The notes under the pieces are model-generated. The model did not search any database, was not told where the DNA came from, and saw only the letters and a list, made by a program, of their open reading frames with translations. From Selaginella moellendorffii (lineage: Eukaryota; Plantae; Lycopodiophyta), in the NCBI RefSeq assembly GCF_000143415.4, contig NW_003314271.1:2857729-2921728 (forward strand): 64,000 bases of DNA, given 5' to 3'. Each line of letters begins with the position of its first letter. The first letter of the stretch is position 1. The position numbers were made by a program, and so were the translations under genes. Below, one piece after another: positions 28,194-39,429 of this stretch.

Positions 28194-30434
28194 TTGGAGG
28201 GATTTTCTGGAGCTGGGACGAGAGCGCGGTACAAAAGAAATGATCAACAAAGCTCCGGCGATGGTGCTGCTCAGAAAAATGCCACTCTCGCCGCGACGCT
28301 CTCGTCGATCATCACCAAGGTGGAGGGAAGAACAGAAGCTCTAGAACTCTACGAGAGAGCGCGAAGAGATGGAAGAGTTCCTCCGGTGTCCGTGTCCCTG
28401 GCGGCATTGAAGTCGTGCATTGGCAGCAAGGACTTGACAACTGGGAGGAGGATTCACTCGGAGGTGGCCGACAACCAGCAAGAACTACACACTCACGTCG
28501 CCAACACGCTGGTGGATATGTACGCGAAGTGTGGAAGCATGGCCGAGGCGCGGCGAGTTTTCGATGCGATCAAGCTCCACAGCGTGGTTTCATGGAACGC
28601 GATCATCATGGGATACGCTTCCAACGGCGATGGAGCACAGGCACTCGAGCTTTTCTCTGCCATGCAACGCAAAGGCTTCGTTCCCGACTCGAGGATCTTC
28701 ATCGCTGCGCTTAAGGCCTGCACGGACTTGGCCACCAAAGAAGAAGGGACGCTGGTTGGCGAGAAGATGATCAAGCTCGAGTGCCTGGAAAGAGGGAGAG
28801 AGATTCACTTGGAGCTTGCAAAGCGAGGACATGAAGGTGATCTCTACGTCGCGAGCACGCTGGTGGACTTCTACGCGAAATGTGGCAGCATGGCGGACGC
28901 ACGCAAAGTTTTCGACAAGATGGAACGCTACGACGTCGTCTCGTGGACCGCAATGATCCTCGGCTATGCTGCGAGTGGCCAAGGGGAGCTCGGTTTGGAG
29001 CTCTACTCGCGGATGCTACGCGAAGGCTTTAAACCCGACTCGAGGATCTTCGTGGCGGCAGTGAAAGCTTGCGGCAGCGTAGCTTCTCAAGACGAGAGGA
29101 TGGATTGGCAGAAGAAGTGGCTGGAGAAAGGGGTGGCGATTCACGCTCAAGTGGCAAAGGCTGGCTGTGAGAACAACATTTACGTTGCTGCAAGCTTGGT
29201 GGACATGTACGCCAAGTGTGGAAGCCTGGAAAACGCTCGCCGGGTGTTTGAGAGAGTTCGTCAGCGCAACGTCGTTCACTGGAACTCCATCATCGCGGCT
29301 TACGCTCAAGGCGGACAGGAAGAGGTGGCTATGGAGCTCTACGAAAGTATGAAGGCTCAAGGCTTCGTTTCAGACGCTCGGACAACGGTGGTTACTCTCG
29401 CAGCGTGCGCTGCTCTAGCAGGAAAAGAGGAAGGGAAAGAATCCGGTGGAGTGATCATCAAAGGTACGAGCTTGGAGAAAGGAAGAGCTCTTCACTTGGA
29501 AGCCGTGAAGAACAGGCACGACAAAGACGTATATGTGGCGAGCACCTTGGTGGATTTCTATGCCAAGTGTGGCTGTATGGCGGATGCAAGGCAAGTTTTT
29601 GACGAGATGGAGCAGCACAGCTCGGCTTCCTGGCAGGCAATTATCTCGGGGTATGCTCACAACGGAAAAGAAGACACGGCCTTGGAGCTCTTCGAGCGTA
29701 TGAAGGCCAAAGGTGGCGTGGTTCCGAGTGGTCGGCATTACATTGCTGCGATCAAGGCTTGCGGAGGCCTTGCGGCCCTGGAAGTTGGGAGGAAGACCCA
29801 CGAAGAGATCCGGGAGGCTGGATACGAGGACGACATCATGGTGACGAACTCGTTGATCCATTTTTATGGGAAATGCGGGGCCATGGCGAGCGCTCAAGAG
29901 GTTTTCGACAAGGCTCGTACGAAGAGCTTGGTCACTTGGAATGCCTTGATAGCTGGGTACACTCACCAGGGAGACACGGCGAAAACTTTCGAGCTCTTCG
30001 AAGGGATGGAGAAGGAAAAGGTGCTGCCAAACGAGATAACTTTCCTTCACGTCCTCAACGCTTGCACTCACGCCGGGCTTGTGGAGAAGGGAAAGGAAAT
30101 TTTCGAGGCCATGCGCGAGAAGTTTTCTCCGGCTCGAGAGCACTATACGTGCATGGTGGATCTTCTGGGACGAGCAAACCACTTGGAGGAGGCGCTGGCT
30201 ATGGTGAAAAGCATGCCTTTTAAGCCGGATCCAGCGCTGTGGAGGGCAGTTCTGGGGGCTTGTCAGAAGTGGAGCAACGCAAAAGTTGGGAGGATTGCCT
30301 TTGAGTCTTTGCTGGAGCTCGACGAGGGAGACGCGACGGCGTACGTGCTCCTGGCCAACATATACAGTGGTGCTAAAATGTTGGACGAGAGTGCCAAGAT
30401 ACAAACCATGAGAAGAAGTCGTGGTGCTTCTTGA
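28194..30434 (+). CDS. PLS-class pentatricopeptide repeat protein with E domain, no DYW
   Basis: Repeated LVDMYAKCGS..ARRVFD...VVSW triplets; HYTCMVDLLGRA, PFKPD..LWRAVLGAC, AYVLLANIY. The frame is open from an acceptor at ~28097; a possible first exon starts at ATG 27945. Confidence 0.9.
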   Translation: MEGFSGAGTRARYKRNDQQSSGDGAAQKNATLAATLSSIITKVEGRTEALELYERARRDGRVPPVSVSLAALKSCIGSKDLTTGRRIHSEVADNQQELHTHVANTLVDMYAKCGSMAEARRVFDAIKLHSVVSWNAIIMGYASNGDGAQALELFSAMQRKGFVPDSRIFIAALKACTDLATKEEGTLVGEKMIKLECLERGREIHLELAKRGHEGDLYVASTLVDFYAKCGSMADARKVFDKMERYDVVSWTAMILGYAASGQGELGLELYSRMLREGFKPDSRIFVAAVKACGSVASQDERMDWQKKWLEKGVAIHAQVAKAGCENNIYVAASLVDMYAKCGSLENARRVFERVRQRNVVHWNSIIAAYAQGGQEEVAMELYESMKAQGFVSDARTTVVTLAACAALAGKEEGKESGGVIIKGTSLEKGRALHLEAVKNRHDKDVYVASTLVDFYAKCGCMADARQVFDEMEQHSSASWQAIISGYAHNGKEDTALELFERMKAKGGVVPSGRHYIAAIKACGGLAALEVGRKTHEEIREAGYEDDIMVTNSLIHFYGKCGAMASAQEVFDKARTKSLVTWNALIAGYTHQGDTAKTFELFEGMEKEKVLPNEITFLHVLNACTHAGLVEKGKEIFEAMREKFSPAREHYTCMVDLLGRANHLEEALAMVKSMPFKPDPALWRAVLGACQKWSNAKVGRIAFESLLELDEGDATAYVLLANIYSGAKMLDESAKIQTMRRSRGAS

Positions 30435-30776
30435 GGTATAAGTTCGTTTTTTTCTCTCAACTCGTTGGGTTTTAAGTAGGGTTCTTCTTTTGCAGTTCAT
30501 GAGTCTATGGATCAAGGCAGGACGCGGATGCTGTAAAGAAAACTGTTTAAGACTTGGGTGAGTATAAACTCGTGCACCCATTGTCTATTTCGTTTGCATT
30601 TGCGCCATTTCTTTGCCTGATGATCCTTCTCTTCAGGCTTGCAGCAGGCACTCGTCTGGCTTCACCTTGGATACCTCGCACTCGTTTTTTCTCGATCGCA
30701 CTCGAGGTAAAATTCACGTTGTTCAAGCTGCGAATGCCGGCTCTATCGTTTAATTCCGCAGGAAGAACAAAGTTCT

Positions 30777-33602
30777 TTGGACAAACCAACCAAGTTGAGA
30801 CCAAAGATTGGGATTTACGAGCTTCTCGATCAGCTAAGAGTGTGCTGCATCGCGAAAGACTTGACACGAGGAAGATCAGTGCACGCCAGAGCCAATGAAA
30901 CCGGTGAAGCCTCAAATCTCTACGTCGCGAACTGCTTGATCAGCATGTACGCAAAATGTGGCAGCCTGGTGGACGCGAAGAACGTTTTCGACGGCATGAC
31001 ATACCGGGACGTTGTGACTTGGAACTCGCTTCTGACGGGATACGCCGAGCAAAACGAGGGAGAGCTCGTTTTGGAGCTCTTTGCAAGCATGGCGATGGCG
31101 GGGTGCTCGCCAAATGCTAGAACTTTCGTCGCAGCACTCAAGGCCTGCTCAAACATCGCAGTCAGAGAAGAAGGAAAGAAGATCGACGGACAGTTTCTCA
31201 AAGAGAGAGCCCTTGAGAAAGGCCAGGAGATCCACGCGCAGGCTTTGGCGAGTGGCTGTCCCTCGGATATATTTCTTGCAAGCACGGTGGTGGACATGTA
31301 CGCGAGCTGTGGAAGTCTGGACGACGCCTACGCCAACTTTTCGAGAATGCCCCGCCACAGCGTCGTTTCCTGGTCGGCACTGATGATGGGATGCGCGGAG
31401 AACGGGCAGCCGGAGCTGGCCTTGGAGCTATTTCTGACGATGAAGCAGACCAACCGAGCTCCAAACTCTCGGGCATTTGTAGCGGCGCTCAAGGCCTGCG
31501 CGAAGGTGGCAGTGAAAGAAGAAGCTACTCAAGCAGCCGACGGCCGGGTGATCAAGAAACGAAGCTTGAGGAAAGGAGTGGCAATCCACTCGCAGGCAGC
31601 CAAGCTCGGCCTCGACTCCAACTTGTTCGTGGCGAGTGCATTGCTGCTCATGTACGTGAAGTGTGGAAGTACTTCCAACGCTCGTAGAGTTTTCGACAAA
31701 ATGCCCCGGCACGACTTGGTTTCGTGGACGTCGATGCTGCTCGCCTATGCCGAGAACGGGGAGGAAGAGCTCGCTCTTGAGTTCTTTACGGAGATTCCAG
31801 TGGATGGCTGCGAGCCTGATGCGGTGGCCTGCGTCGCTGCTATCAAGGCTTGCACGATCCTTGCGGCTAGAGAAGAAGGCAAGCTCGTTGACGGGAGATC
31901 GATCAAGGCGGTGGCTTTGGAGCGAGGCTGTGCTCTACATTCTCGAGTTGTGAGCTGCCGGTGCGAGACAGATATGGCCGTGGCGATCACTCTCGTCGAC
32001 ATGTACTCGAGGTGTGGAAGCGTGGAGGATGCCCGGCGAGTTTTCGACAGGATGGTCTACAGAGAAGTGGCGCTGTGGAACTCCCTGATGCTGTGCTACG
32101 TCGACAATGGCGAGGCTCAGCTTGCTCTCGAGGCCTTCGTGTTCCTCCGGCCCGAGAACAGTGCTCCGAATCCTCTCACTTTCGTGGCGGCGATCAAGGC
32201 TTGCACGAGCCTTGCGGCCGCGGAGAAAGCATCGCCAGTGATGGAGCTCGGGGAAAAGATGATGGTTAAGTCCGAGTCCCTGGAGAGAGGGATGATAGTC
32301 CACTCCAAAGCCGTGGGATATGGCTGTGATCGTCAGCTCTTGGTGGCCAGCGCTGTCATGGACATGTATGGGAGGTGTGGGAGCTTGCTCGACGCTCGCA
32401 TCGCCTTCGACAAGAGTGGGTCTTGGAACACAGTCTTGTGGAATGGACTCATGTTCTGCTACGTCGAAAATGGGGAGGCCGAGATGGCCTTGGAGCTTCT
32501 CTCGGCGATGCAAAGCTATGGGTTGGAACCCGACGCTCTGAGCTACGTCTCGGCATGCAAGGCCTGTGCCAGCCTCGCCTCCAAAGCCAAAGCCACGGCC
32601 AACTCCGCGACGGTGGCGAGATCCTTGGAACGAGGCCGGGAGCTCCACTGCGAGGCTGCCAACTTTGGCTTCTTTTCGGAGATTTTCCTCGCAAACTCGG
32701 TGGTGGACATGTACGCGAAGTGTGGGAGCATGAGAGAAGCTCGCCGGGCCTTCGACGCCATGGCTTTCTACAACGTCGTCTCGTGGACGACGCTCATACT
32801 CGGCTACTCGGACAACCAGGAGGAAAGCTCCGGTGAGGAGCTCTTCCAGAGAATGAGGAGAGAGTGCGGGGAGTACTGCGAGCCGGATGCGTTGAGCTAC
32901 GTTGCCGTGCTGAAGGCCTGTGGAACTTCTGCGGCTGTGGAGACTGTCAAGCTTCTCCACGCGGAGATCTCCCGAAACGATCGCCTCCAAAACTCTCTGG
33001 TCGCAAGCCTGGTGGACGCGTATGGGAAGTGTGGGAGCGTGACAAACTCCCAGCTCCTCTTCGACTCGGTGGTGGCGAGGGACTTGGATCTGGTCACCTG
33101 GACAGCACTTCTCTCGGCTCACAGCCGCGGGGGTGACGCTCACCTGGTGCTCGAGCTCTTCCAGGCGATGCAAGACGATGGGATCGCTCCAAACAGCGTG
33201 ACTTTCATCAGTGTTCTCGCGGCTTGCAGCCACGCCGGCCTGGTGGAGCAAGGAAAGCACTACTTTGAGGAGATGAGCTCGAAGTATGGGATTGTTCCAG
33301 AGGTGGAGCACTACGTGTGTTTGGTGGACATGCTGGGACGAGCAAACAAAGTGGAACTAGCCATGGAGATGGTTTCCAGGATGAAGGTGGAACCGAACGA
33401 TGTGGTGTGGAGAACGGTGCTGGGAGCTTGCAAGAGATGGAAGAACTTGGGGGTCGGAAAGGCTGCTTATGAGTCGCTGCTTGGGATCAAGGAAGACTCT
33501 GCGGCTTACGTGCTAATGGAGAGCATTTACAAGCAAGAAAGGGAGGATCAAACCCCGGATCTAGAACACGAGGGGCGGCGGCCGACTTTGCTGGATTCTT
33601 GA
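30777..33602 (+). CDS. PLS-class pentatricopeptide repeat protein with truncated E domain, no DYW
   Basis: 941-codon intronless ORF of P-L-S triplets; HYVCLVDMLGRA, WRTVLGAC, AYVLMESIY. True start codon uncertain. Confidence 0.9.
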   Translation: MDKPTKLRPKIGIYELLDQLRVCCIAKDLTRGRSVHARANETGEASNLYVANCLISMYAKCGSLVDAKNVFDGMTYRDVVTWNSLLTGYAEQNEGELVLELFASMAMAGCSPNARTFVAALKACSNIAVREEGKKIDGQFLKERALEKGQEIHAQALASGCPSDIFLASTVVDMYASCGSLDDAYANFSRMPRHSVVSWSALMMGCAENGQPELALELFLTMKQTNRAPNSRAFVAALKACAKVAVKEEATQAADGRVIKKRSLRKGVAIHSQAAKLGLDSNLFVASALLLMYVKCGSTSNARRVFDKMPRHDLVSWTSMLLAYAENGEEELALEFFTEIPVDGCEPDAVACVAAIKACTILAAREEGKLVDGRSIKAVALERGCALHSRVVSCRCETDMAVAITLVDMYSRCGSVEDARRVFDRMVYREVALWNSLMLCYVDNGEAQLALEAFVFLRPENSAPNPLTFVAAIKACTSLAAAEKASPVMELGEKMMVKSESLERGMIVHSKAVGYGCDRQLLVASAVMDMYGRCGSLLDARIAFDKSGSWNTVLWNGLMFCYVENGEAEMALELLSAMQSYGLEPDALSYVSACKACASLASKAKATANSATVARSLERGRELHCEAANFGFFSEIFLANSVVDMYAKCGSMREARRAFDAMAFYNVVSWTTLILGYSDNQEESSGEELFQRMRRECGEYCEPDALSYVAVLKACGTSAAVETVKLLHAEISRNDRLQNSLVASLVDAYGKCGSVTNSQLLFDSVVARDLDLVTWTALLSAHSRGGDAHLVLELFQAMQDDGIAPNSVTFISVLAACSHAGLVEQGKHYFEEMSSKYGIVPEVEHYVCLVDMLGRANKVELAMEMVSRMKVEPNDVVWRTVLGACKRWKNLGVGKAAYESLLGIKEDSAAYVLMESIYKQEREDQTPDLEHEGRRPTLLDS

Positions 33603-34051
33603 CAAGATCTTGGACAACGGCACGACATTCTCTCCGACACAAGTAGATCCAGCCAAGGTTGACTTCTACGGTGTGTGCGAAGGTTCCAAAGCCGTGGACT
33701 TGTCAAAGGCCGACACGACTTGGAACTCGGCCTTAGATAAACAAGTAGTTTCGTGGATGTCAGGGAGTTTCTTTGCTCACCAAGTGGATTTGCTGGCAGG
33801 AGAGACTTGACTGAACTATCAAGCGGAAAAAAACGTTTTTGCCTTTCTTGGATTGCTCGGATATCGAAGAAGCAAGCTAAAATAAGTGAAGTTTTCATGG
33901 ATTGCGAACAAAAACTTCCTCTAGAAGACGATCCAGAGCGATCATCAACAAAGTAAGCTTGAAAAACTTGCGTTTTCATAGATCTCAATGTTTACTACCT
34001 ATAGAAGCTGTGGAAAATCCGAAGGAAGAAACAAAAAGCTCTCTTTTTGCT

Positions 34052-34788
34052 TCAGCCATAGGCTCGGATTACGTCGGAGCAATTCTTGGCAGTAGATTGC
34101 TTGAATCCAAAGCGGCCCCCTTTGGACAAATACTGTTGGTGGTATGGCTCCGCTTTGTAAAACTTCTTGGCCGGGAGTATCTCGGTGACAATCTTAGCGT
34201 CGAGTTTCTTCTGGAGATTTTCCATCGACTCCCGAGCAATTCTCTCCTGTTCTTCGTTGAAGAAGTAAATTCCAGATCGGTACTGGGTGCCAACATCGTT
34301 CCCCTGGAAAGACAGAACAATCCAATAAGAAATGGGAAGAACACAAAGATCGAGAAAGATATAGCGAAGAGCTAAGAAATAGATCAAAAACAGAGGAGAA
34401 AGGAACTTACTTGGCGGTACATGCTCGTTGGATCGTGCATCTTCCAGAAAACCTCCAGCAATTTCTCGTAGCTACAAACGCTGGAGTCGAAAACCACTCT
34501 CACAACTTCGCAGTGGCCAGTGATCCCATCGCAAACATCCCGATAGCTCGGGTTGTGAAAAATTCCCTGCGAGTATCCAGCCTCGGTCTTGGTCACTCCA
34601 TACACTCTCTGGTACGCGAGCTCCATCCCCCAAAAACATCCTCCTCCAAACTCTGCAAACTCGAGACCAAACTCCGCTCGATCCTTGTCCGGCCCTTGAG
34701 CAATCTTCAAACCATCGCTGGAAGTGATCCTTCTCTCTCGAGACCGGCTGAAAGCTAGCGGATTAAAGCAGCTGGAACTCCTCCCCAT
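34052..34788 (-). CDS. MSRA: Peptide methionine sulfoxide reductase A (2 exons)
   Basis: GGGCFWG active site, [34 protein letters not shown]. Confidence 0.93.
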
Positions 34789-35516
34789 ACTTGTGTCCCA
34801 GAGGTTCTTGAGCTTCCTCGTCCTTGGAGATGAGGGAAAGTAGAAAAGGAAAGAGAGCTCTACTTGGAGAACTCGCTGTCGTTGTCTTTGATCTTGGTAA
34901 AGAATGTAACCTCGTGGAGAGCTTATATACTCCAGTGGGAAAAAAAAACGTGGTCGCAAGTTCTGCTTAAGTGCTCCGCAAGCTTCCTGACTTATCTTGG
35001 TTTTCTATTCCTCTGTCCAAAACAGTAGCGTAGCGTCTCTCTACTTAGCCGCCATAGCCGCCGTCATTGCTTCTTTAGTGACCCCCGTAAGTCGTCAGAG
35101 AGAAAAATCATAGGCGAAAAACTCGCTACACACGCCTTTGAGATCCACGCTTCCGTGTTTCTTCGCCACTTTTCCTGATTCCCCCTGTTAGTCAATCCCG
35201 TTTTTTTCCTATCCCGCACGCTTCCCATGAGCTTCGCTCTACACTTCCCACGTAGCTATCGTCTCGCCCAAGCGAGAGATAAGTAGAACGCGTCCCAAAA
35301 AGTTCTACACTTGCAACACCCTTGCAAATTCTTCCTGTTTGCTGCGAAGATTTGTGATGCTAGAGCTCCGTACTTGAATCCAAACTTCCACCCAAACCAA
35401 AAAACCCAGCCACTTCGTGGGACCTGCGAGAACCTGCGAGAATGAGAGAGCCCGTCTATACAGTTCTGTCCACTTGTCAAAAGCTCGAAGTTGACGTTTG
35501 GCCCAGCACACTGCTA

Positions 35517-35549
35517 GTGTGTGTGTGTTTTTTTTTTTTTTTTTTTTTT
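35517..35549. repeat. (GT)n followed by a T22 homopolymer
   Basis: Directly visible. Confidence 0.85.
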
Positions 35550-35733
35550 CCTGCCTTGCTGGTGACCACAATCCCCAGACGAAGAAATCATAGACCCCGA
35601 TATACGATCACTGTTGCCGTTGATCTTTCCCTGTCGGTGATCATGATTAAGTGCGAACGAAGGAGGAAAGAAAAGTTTGCTTGGTATTTGCTTGCCTGAA
35701 ATTCGAGCTTTGTTTGTCGCTAAGTTGGTCCTA

Positions 35734-37131
35734 TCACGGCCCTGCCGCCATGATTTGCTGCGGAAGGCTGCAGGAATAAGTGACATACTTTACCCCGTCG
35801 ATGGCCACCACGACGAAAACTTCGCCACCTGTAGGCCCCGACATGGATTTCTTTGGCAAAACCGAGACCACCATCGGAGGAGGAGGCGCGACTTTGTTCT
35901 TGGTGAGTTGGATCCCGGGTCCCGGACGATCGTTGAGCTGTTTCTTCCGGATCACGCGGGACCCTGCTACATTCCCCTCGGAGCTGGATCGAAACTGGAA
36001 GACTTGGGTGCACTTTCCAGCCGTAAAGACTGCTCAAAAACAAGAACACGAGAGTTTAGCCAGTCCAATGGATCAAAAGGAAAAGAAAAAAAAACGTTCT
36101 TTCTCACCCGAGTTGTCCCACTGCTGCATGAATGGAGCGTCTTCACCAGTAGCAGCAACTTTCGCTGTGTTCGTAGAGTCATTAACCTTGCTGCTCGGAG
36201 AAGAAGCGCTCGAGCCTTCGTCTTTTTTCTCACTGCCCACGCTGGTACCCCGGCCCGGGATGCTGGATCCCTCCACACCACCGCGGGTAAAGCGTGGAAT
36301 CTCCATCCCGTGTATTCTCGAAGCATAAGTAGAAGGCCATCGCTCGTGATCGCGAGAACTCATCATCGACCACCTCTGCGTCGCGGGTGATGATCCTCCA
36401 AAACTCTGGGAGCTCCCCAGCCCTTGGATCCCGACTTTGATCGGGAAGAAGAGCATCACCAGGCAGAGAAAAACCAAGAGAAGAGCGCTGGCCGGCCTCT
36501 TGATCATCCTCCTCGCCTCTCTAAATCCAAATCCTTTGCTGTGGTCGCGCTTGGGGAGCTTGCTCCTCTTCGAACGGATCGTCTTCGCGCCGCTAGCACC
36601 TCCCGGAAGCGGGGAAGAGGCAAAGAAAGAAGGTGGTGGCGGCGGCGGAGGTGGCGGCGGTGGCGCCGCTCCCTGGTGAAGGAGATAAGAGTTTCTCACC
36701 ACCTTAAACTTCTTGTCGCCGCCCCCACCGATGAGATTGATGGCGCTGTTTAGCTCCTCGATCGCCGTCGTCATGGATCCCAGCTTCCTCTCCAGATCGC
36801 CCACGAACACCTTCTTCCGCTGCCGGAGGGAATCGTGATGCTTCCTCACGATGAAATCCTCGCTCTCGTCCGACACGACGACGGAGGAGCTCTTTCTCTT
36901 ACCCAACCTCTTGAGAATCCTCCTCTCGCCGCCGGCTCCGGCGGAGCACGATGGCGGCGCCACCACCACCATCTCGCCGCCGCCGCTCGAAAATTTGGCG
37001 GGAATGTTGCCGCCGCGCTGCAAGAGATCCCTGCTTTCGTCCTGCTCCGGGTAGAGGGTGATCCATTCCGGATCATCCAATTCCCCAAACAAAGAGGGCT
37101 CCTGCTGCATTGCCAGCTTTGGAAGAGCCAT
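35734..37131 (-). CDS. Membrane-tethered bZIP17/28/49-like transcription factor, divergent (2 exons)
   Basis: LRQRKKVFVGDLERKLGSMTTAIEELNSAI zipper, TM segment ALLLVFLCLVMLFFPI, MQQW, GKCTQVFQF and the family-typical C-terminal VFVVVAIDGVKYVTYSCSLP. Confidence 0.8.
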
Positions 37132-37436
37132 CGATCCTGAATCCTTGGCAAGGAAGACAAACGCACACAAAAAGGAAGATCACCCATCTGGAGGAGACGA
37201 GCGATCTTGCAGAAGATTACTAACCAGAAAGATCTCTCTCCCAAGAGTCCTACAGATCTCTGCTCAAACGTTTAGGGTTTAACGTTGCCCTAATCGAAAC
37301 GGCACAACTTTACAAAGAGAATAATTGTTAAAGATATTCTTTAGATATAATAGACCTCTGCTTGAAAATAAATATGACAAAATTTCTGTACTAAAAAAGC
37401 GCAGGGCTTTAGGGTTTTAGGTGTGAACCGTTAACG

Positions 37437-38330
37437 ATGCCGCGAGAGTCGTTTGAGGCGGTGCTGAACCGGGCGCTCGAGGCAGTGGAGCGCAAGGCGG
37501 AGCACGACGACGACCTCGACTGGCAGGCATGGAACAACCGCGAGGAGTGCACCGTGGGTAAGCGCTGGACCACAGCCAAGCTCCTGCGCTACCGCGAGCT
37601 ATGGAAGCTAGGGGCGTCGTGCGTGGTACGCCCTGGTGGGAAAGTTGTTGCCGTGGAACGGAAACACCAATCTTTTATCACTGCTTATGTTCAGAGGTGC
37701 TTCCGACCGGCGCTAAACTGGATCTGGATGGTGGAGTACCTCCGATTCGCCTATCCCCCAAGTGGAAACATCAAGTTCGTGAGCTTGCAAGCCCACCATG
37801 ACGCTCTCCACCTGCTCGAGCCCGAGACTGGCTGCTTCCCATGGCCGCGATTCATCCTCGACGTTGGACAGTGCCAGACGCTGCCCGAGCTCCTCTCCTA
37901 CAAGGACGCCTACTTCCATAGCCCCGGCTCCAAGGTCCAGATCTTCCTGGCGCTCAAGTGCTACTTGAAGACGCGCATGAGGCAGATGGTGGCGGTGTTG
38001 TTCGAGCGAGACGACGCGGGTGATGGTATCACGGCGAGAGCCATCTCGTTTGGGGAGGAGGCGCTTCATCCCGTGACTGTCGCGTGGCTGGTTGAAGAGC
38101 AGGGGATTTTGCTCAGCGGGGTTGGGCATGGCGGTGTCGACTGTGATCGACCGGGCATTCCGGGCTACCAGATCGAGCTTGACACCGCCAAGGTTCTTGG
38201 GGGTGCCGGAGATATGGAGGCCATTCTCAGCCACTGTGGAGATCACTTCACGGTTGATCTCTACTGGATCAAGATTGAGTTCCTTCGGTACCAGGAGGTC
38301 TACTCTAGATTGCCTCCAAATGTGGTCTGA
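37437..38330 (+). CDS. Intronless Uma2/Crinkler-type PD-(D/E)xK restriction-endonuclease-fold protein, catalytic residues apparently degenerate
   Basis: 297-aa ATG-initiated ORF with WPRFILDVGQCQTLPEL, VQIFLALK, ISFG, SGVGHGGVDC..GIPGYQI, FTVDLY. Family assigned by motif recall. Confidence 0.65.
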   Translation: MPRESFEAVLNRALEAVERKAEHDDDLDWQAWNNREECTVGKRWTTAKLLRYRELWKLGASCVVRPGGKVVAVERKHQSFITAYVQRCFRPALNWIWMVEYLRFAYPPSGNIKFVSLQAHHDALHLLEPETGCFPWPRFILDVGQCQTLPELLSYKDAYFHSPGSKVQIFLALKCYLKTRMRQMVAVLFERDDAGDGITARAISFGEEALHPVTVAWLVEEQGILLSGVGHGGVDCDRPGIPGYQIELDTAKVLGGAGDMEAILSHCGDHFTVDLYWIKIEFLRYQEVYSRLPPNVV

Positions 38331-38479
38331 GTCGTCCTCGTCTTTTAGTTTCTTGGTTTTATTTAGTTCGTCCGTAGAAGAGTCACTTACGTTTCTAATT
38401 TTGTTTCTGTACTGTGATATCTAATTCACCTGGTTTTTGGGTTTCTGCCACCTAGTCGAAGAGGAGTTCCACCAGACTT

Positions 38480-38660
38480 GCGACCAGCTGGAGATCTTTG
38501 GAGGCAATCGCTTCGGTCACAGATCATCCGGCTTGCAGGACTCCTCGTGCTGGAAGAACTTCCTTGCATTGGATTCATTCCGTCCCTGCAAGGAACTAGT
38601 TCCGTGGCGACCTCCCATAAAATCACGCCGCTGTAGACGTCGGCTCTAGAAACAGCAACA
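38480..38660 (-). pseudogene. Raf-like MAPKKK (EDR1/CTR1-type) kinase relic
   Basis: ADVYSGVILWEVATELVPCRDGMNPMQ resembles subdomains IX-X (DVYSFGVILWELAT..PW.GMNPMQ) with indels; other subdomains are not recognisable. Confidence 0.6.
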
Positions 38661-39429
38661 ATCAGCAGAGCTATGAGCAAGCAAAAAAGGCAAAAGAATT
38701 CAATCAAACCTCAAGCTCGTTTCTGCACCATCCACTGTGCCCAGAGAAAAACTTTTAGAGAACGAACAAGCCAAAGGTCGAATGAGAGTTACTGCAGGAG
38801 ATTGATACCGCCTATAGTGCGCTTCCTTTATGCGAAGGGCCACCACCTTCAATAAATAAAAAGGATGTGCGTTAGGAAGAAGAAAAAGAAATCTAGAGGT
38901 TGATCTCACCACGTTAGCAATCGAGGGACTGAGCAAGCGGACTCAGCCTTGCAACGAACACGAGCACGCATCACCAGCCTCAGACGACTGCTCTCATCCC
39001 GGCTGCCCCAAATCTGTAGAGATCGACAGAAACTTCCCTCTGGAGAAGCGACCTTGGAGTACGATTGAGGCTCTTTGCCTGGTCGGATGTTGTCCGAGAC
39101 TTGCTGGGGCCGAATCACGACGAGTCACTAAGAAATTCTGAGCCAGCGGACTCGGCCGAGACCCTTCCGTTTATATCCACCGTCACCGAAAGAAGTGATT
39201 TCTCGCAGGACTGCTGCTTGCTTCACCACCCGGCTCGTTTTTTATGACCTCAAACATCTGTGTAACCATCTGCCTCGAGCGTACAAGAGCGATCCATTTC
39301 CCGGGTGATACACGTTCCAACCTGGTACTTTGACGGCGAGTTTCTTCCCTCACCTGGATTCTCGGCGCCTCGCGGAGGAATCAATCCGATCCGCCTCCAA
39401 AATCCAAAAACCCTAGAAATATGTTGGCT

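Noticed and set aside
29415-33311. Long antisense ORFs (388 aa, 458 aa) opposite the PPR genes
   Set aside because: Shadow frames of GC-rich coding sequence with no recognisable motifs.
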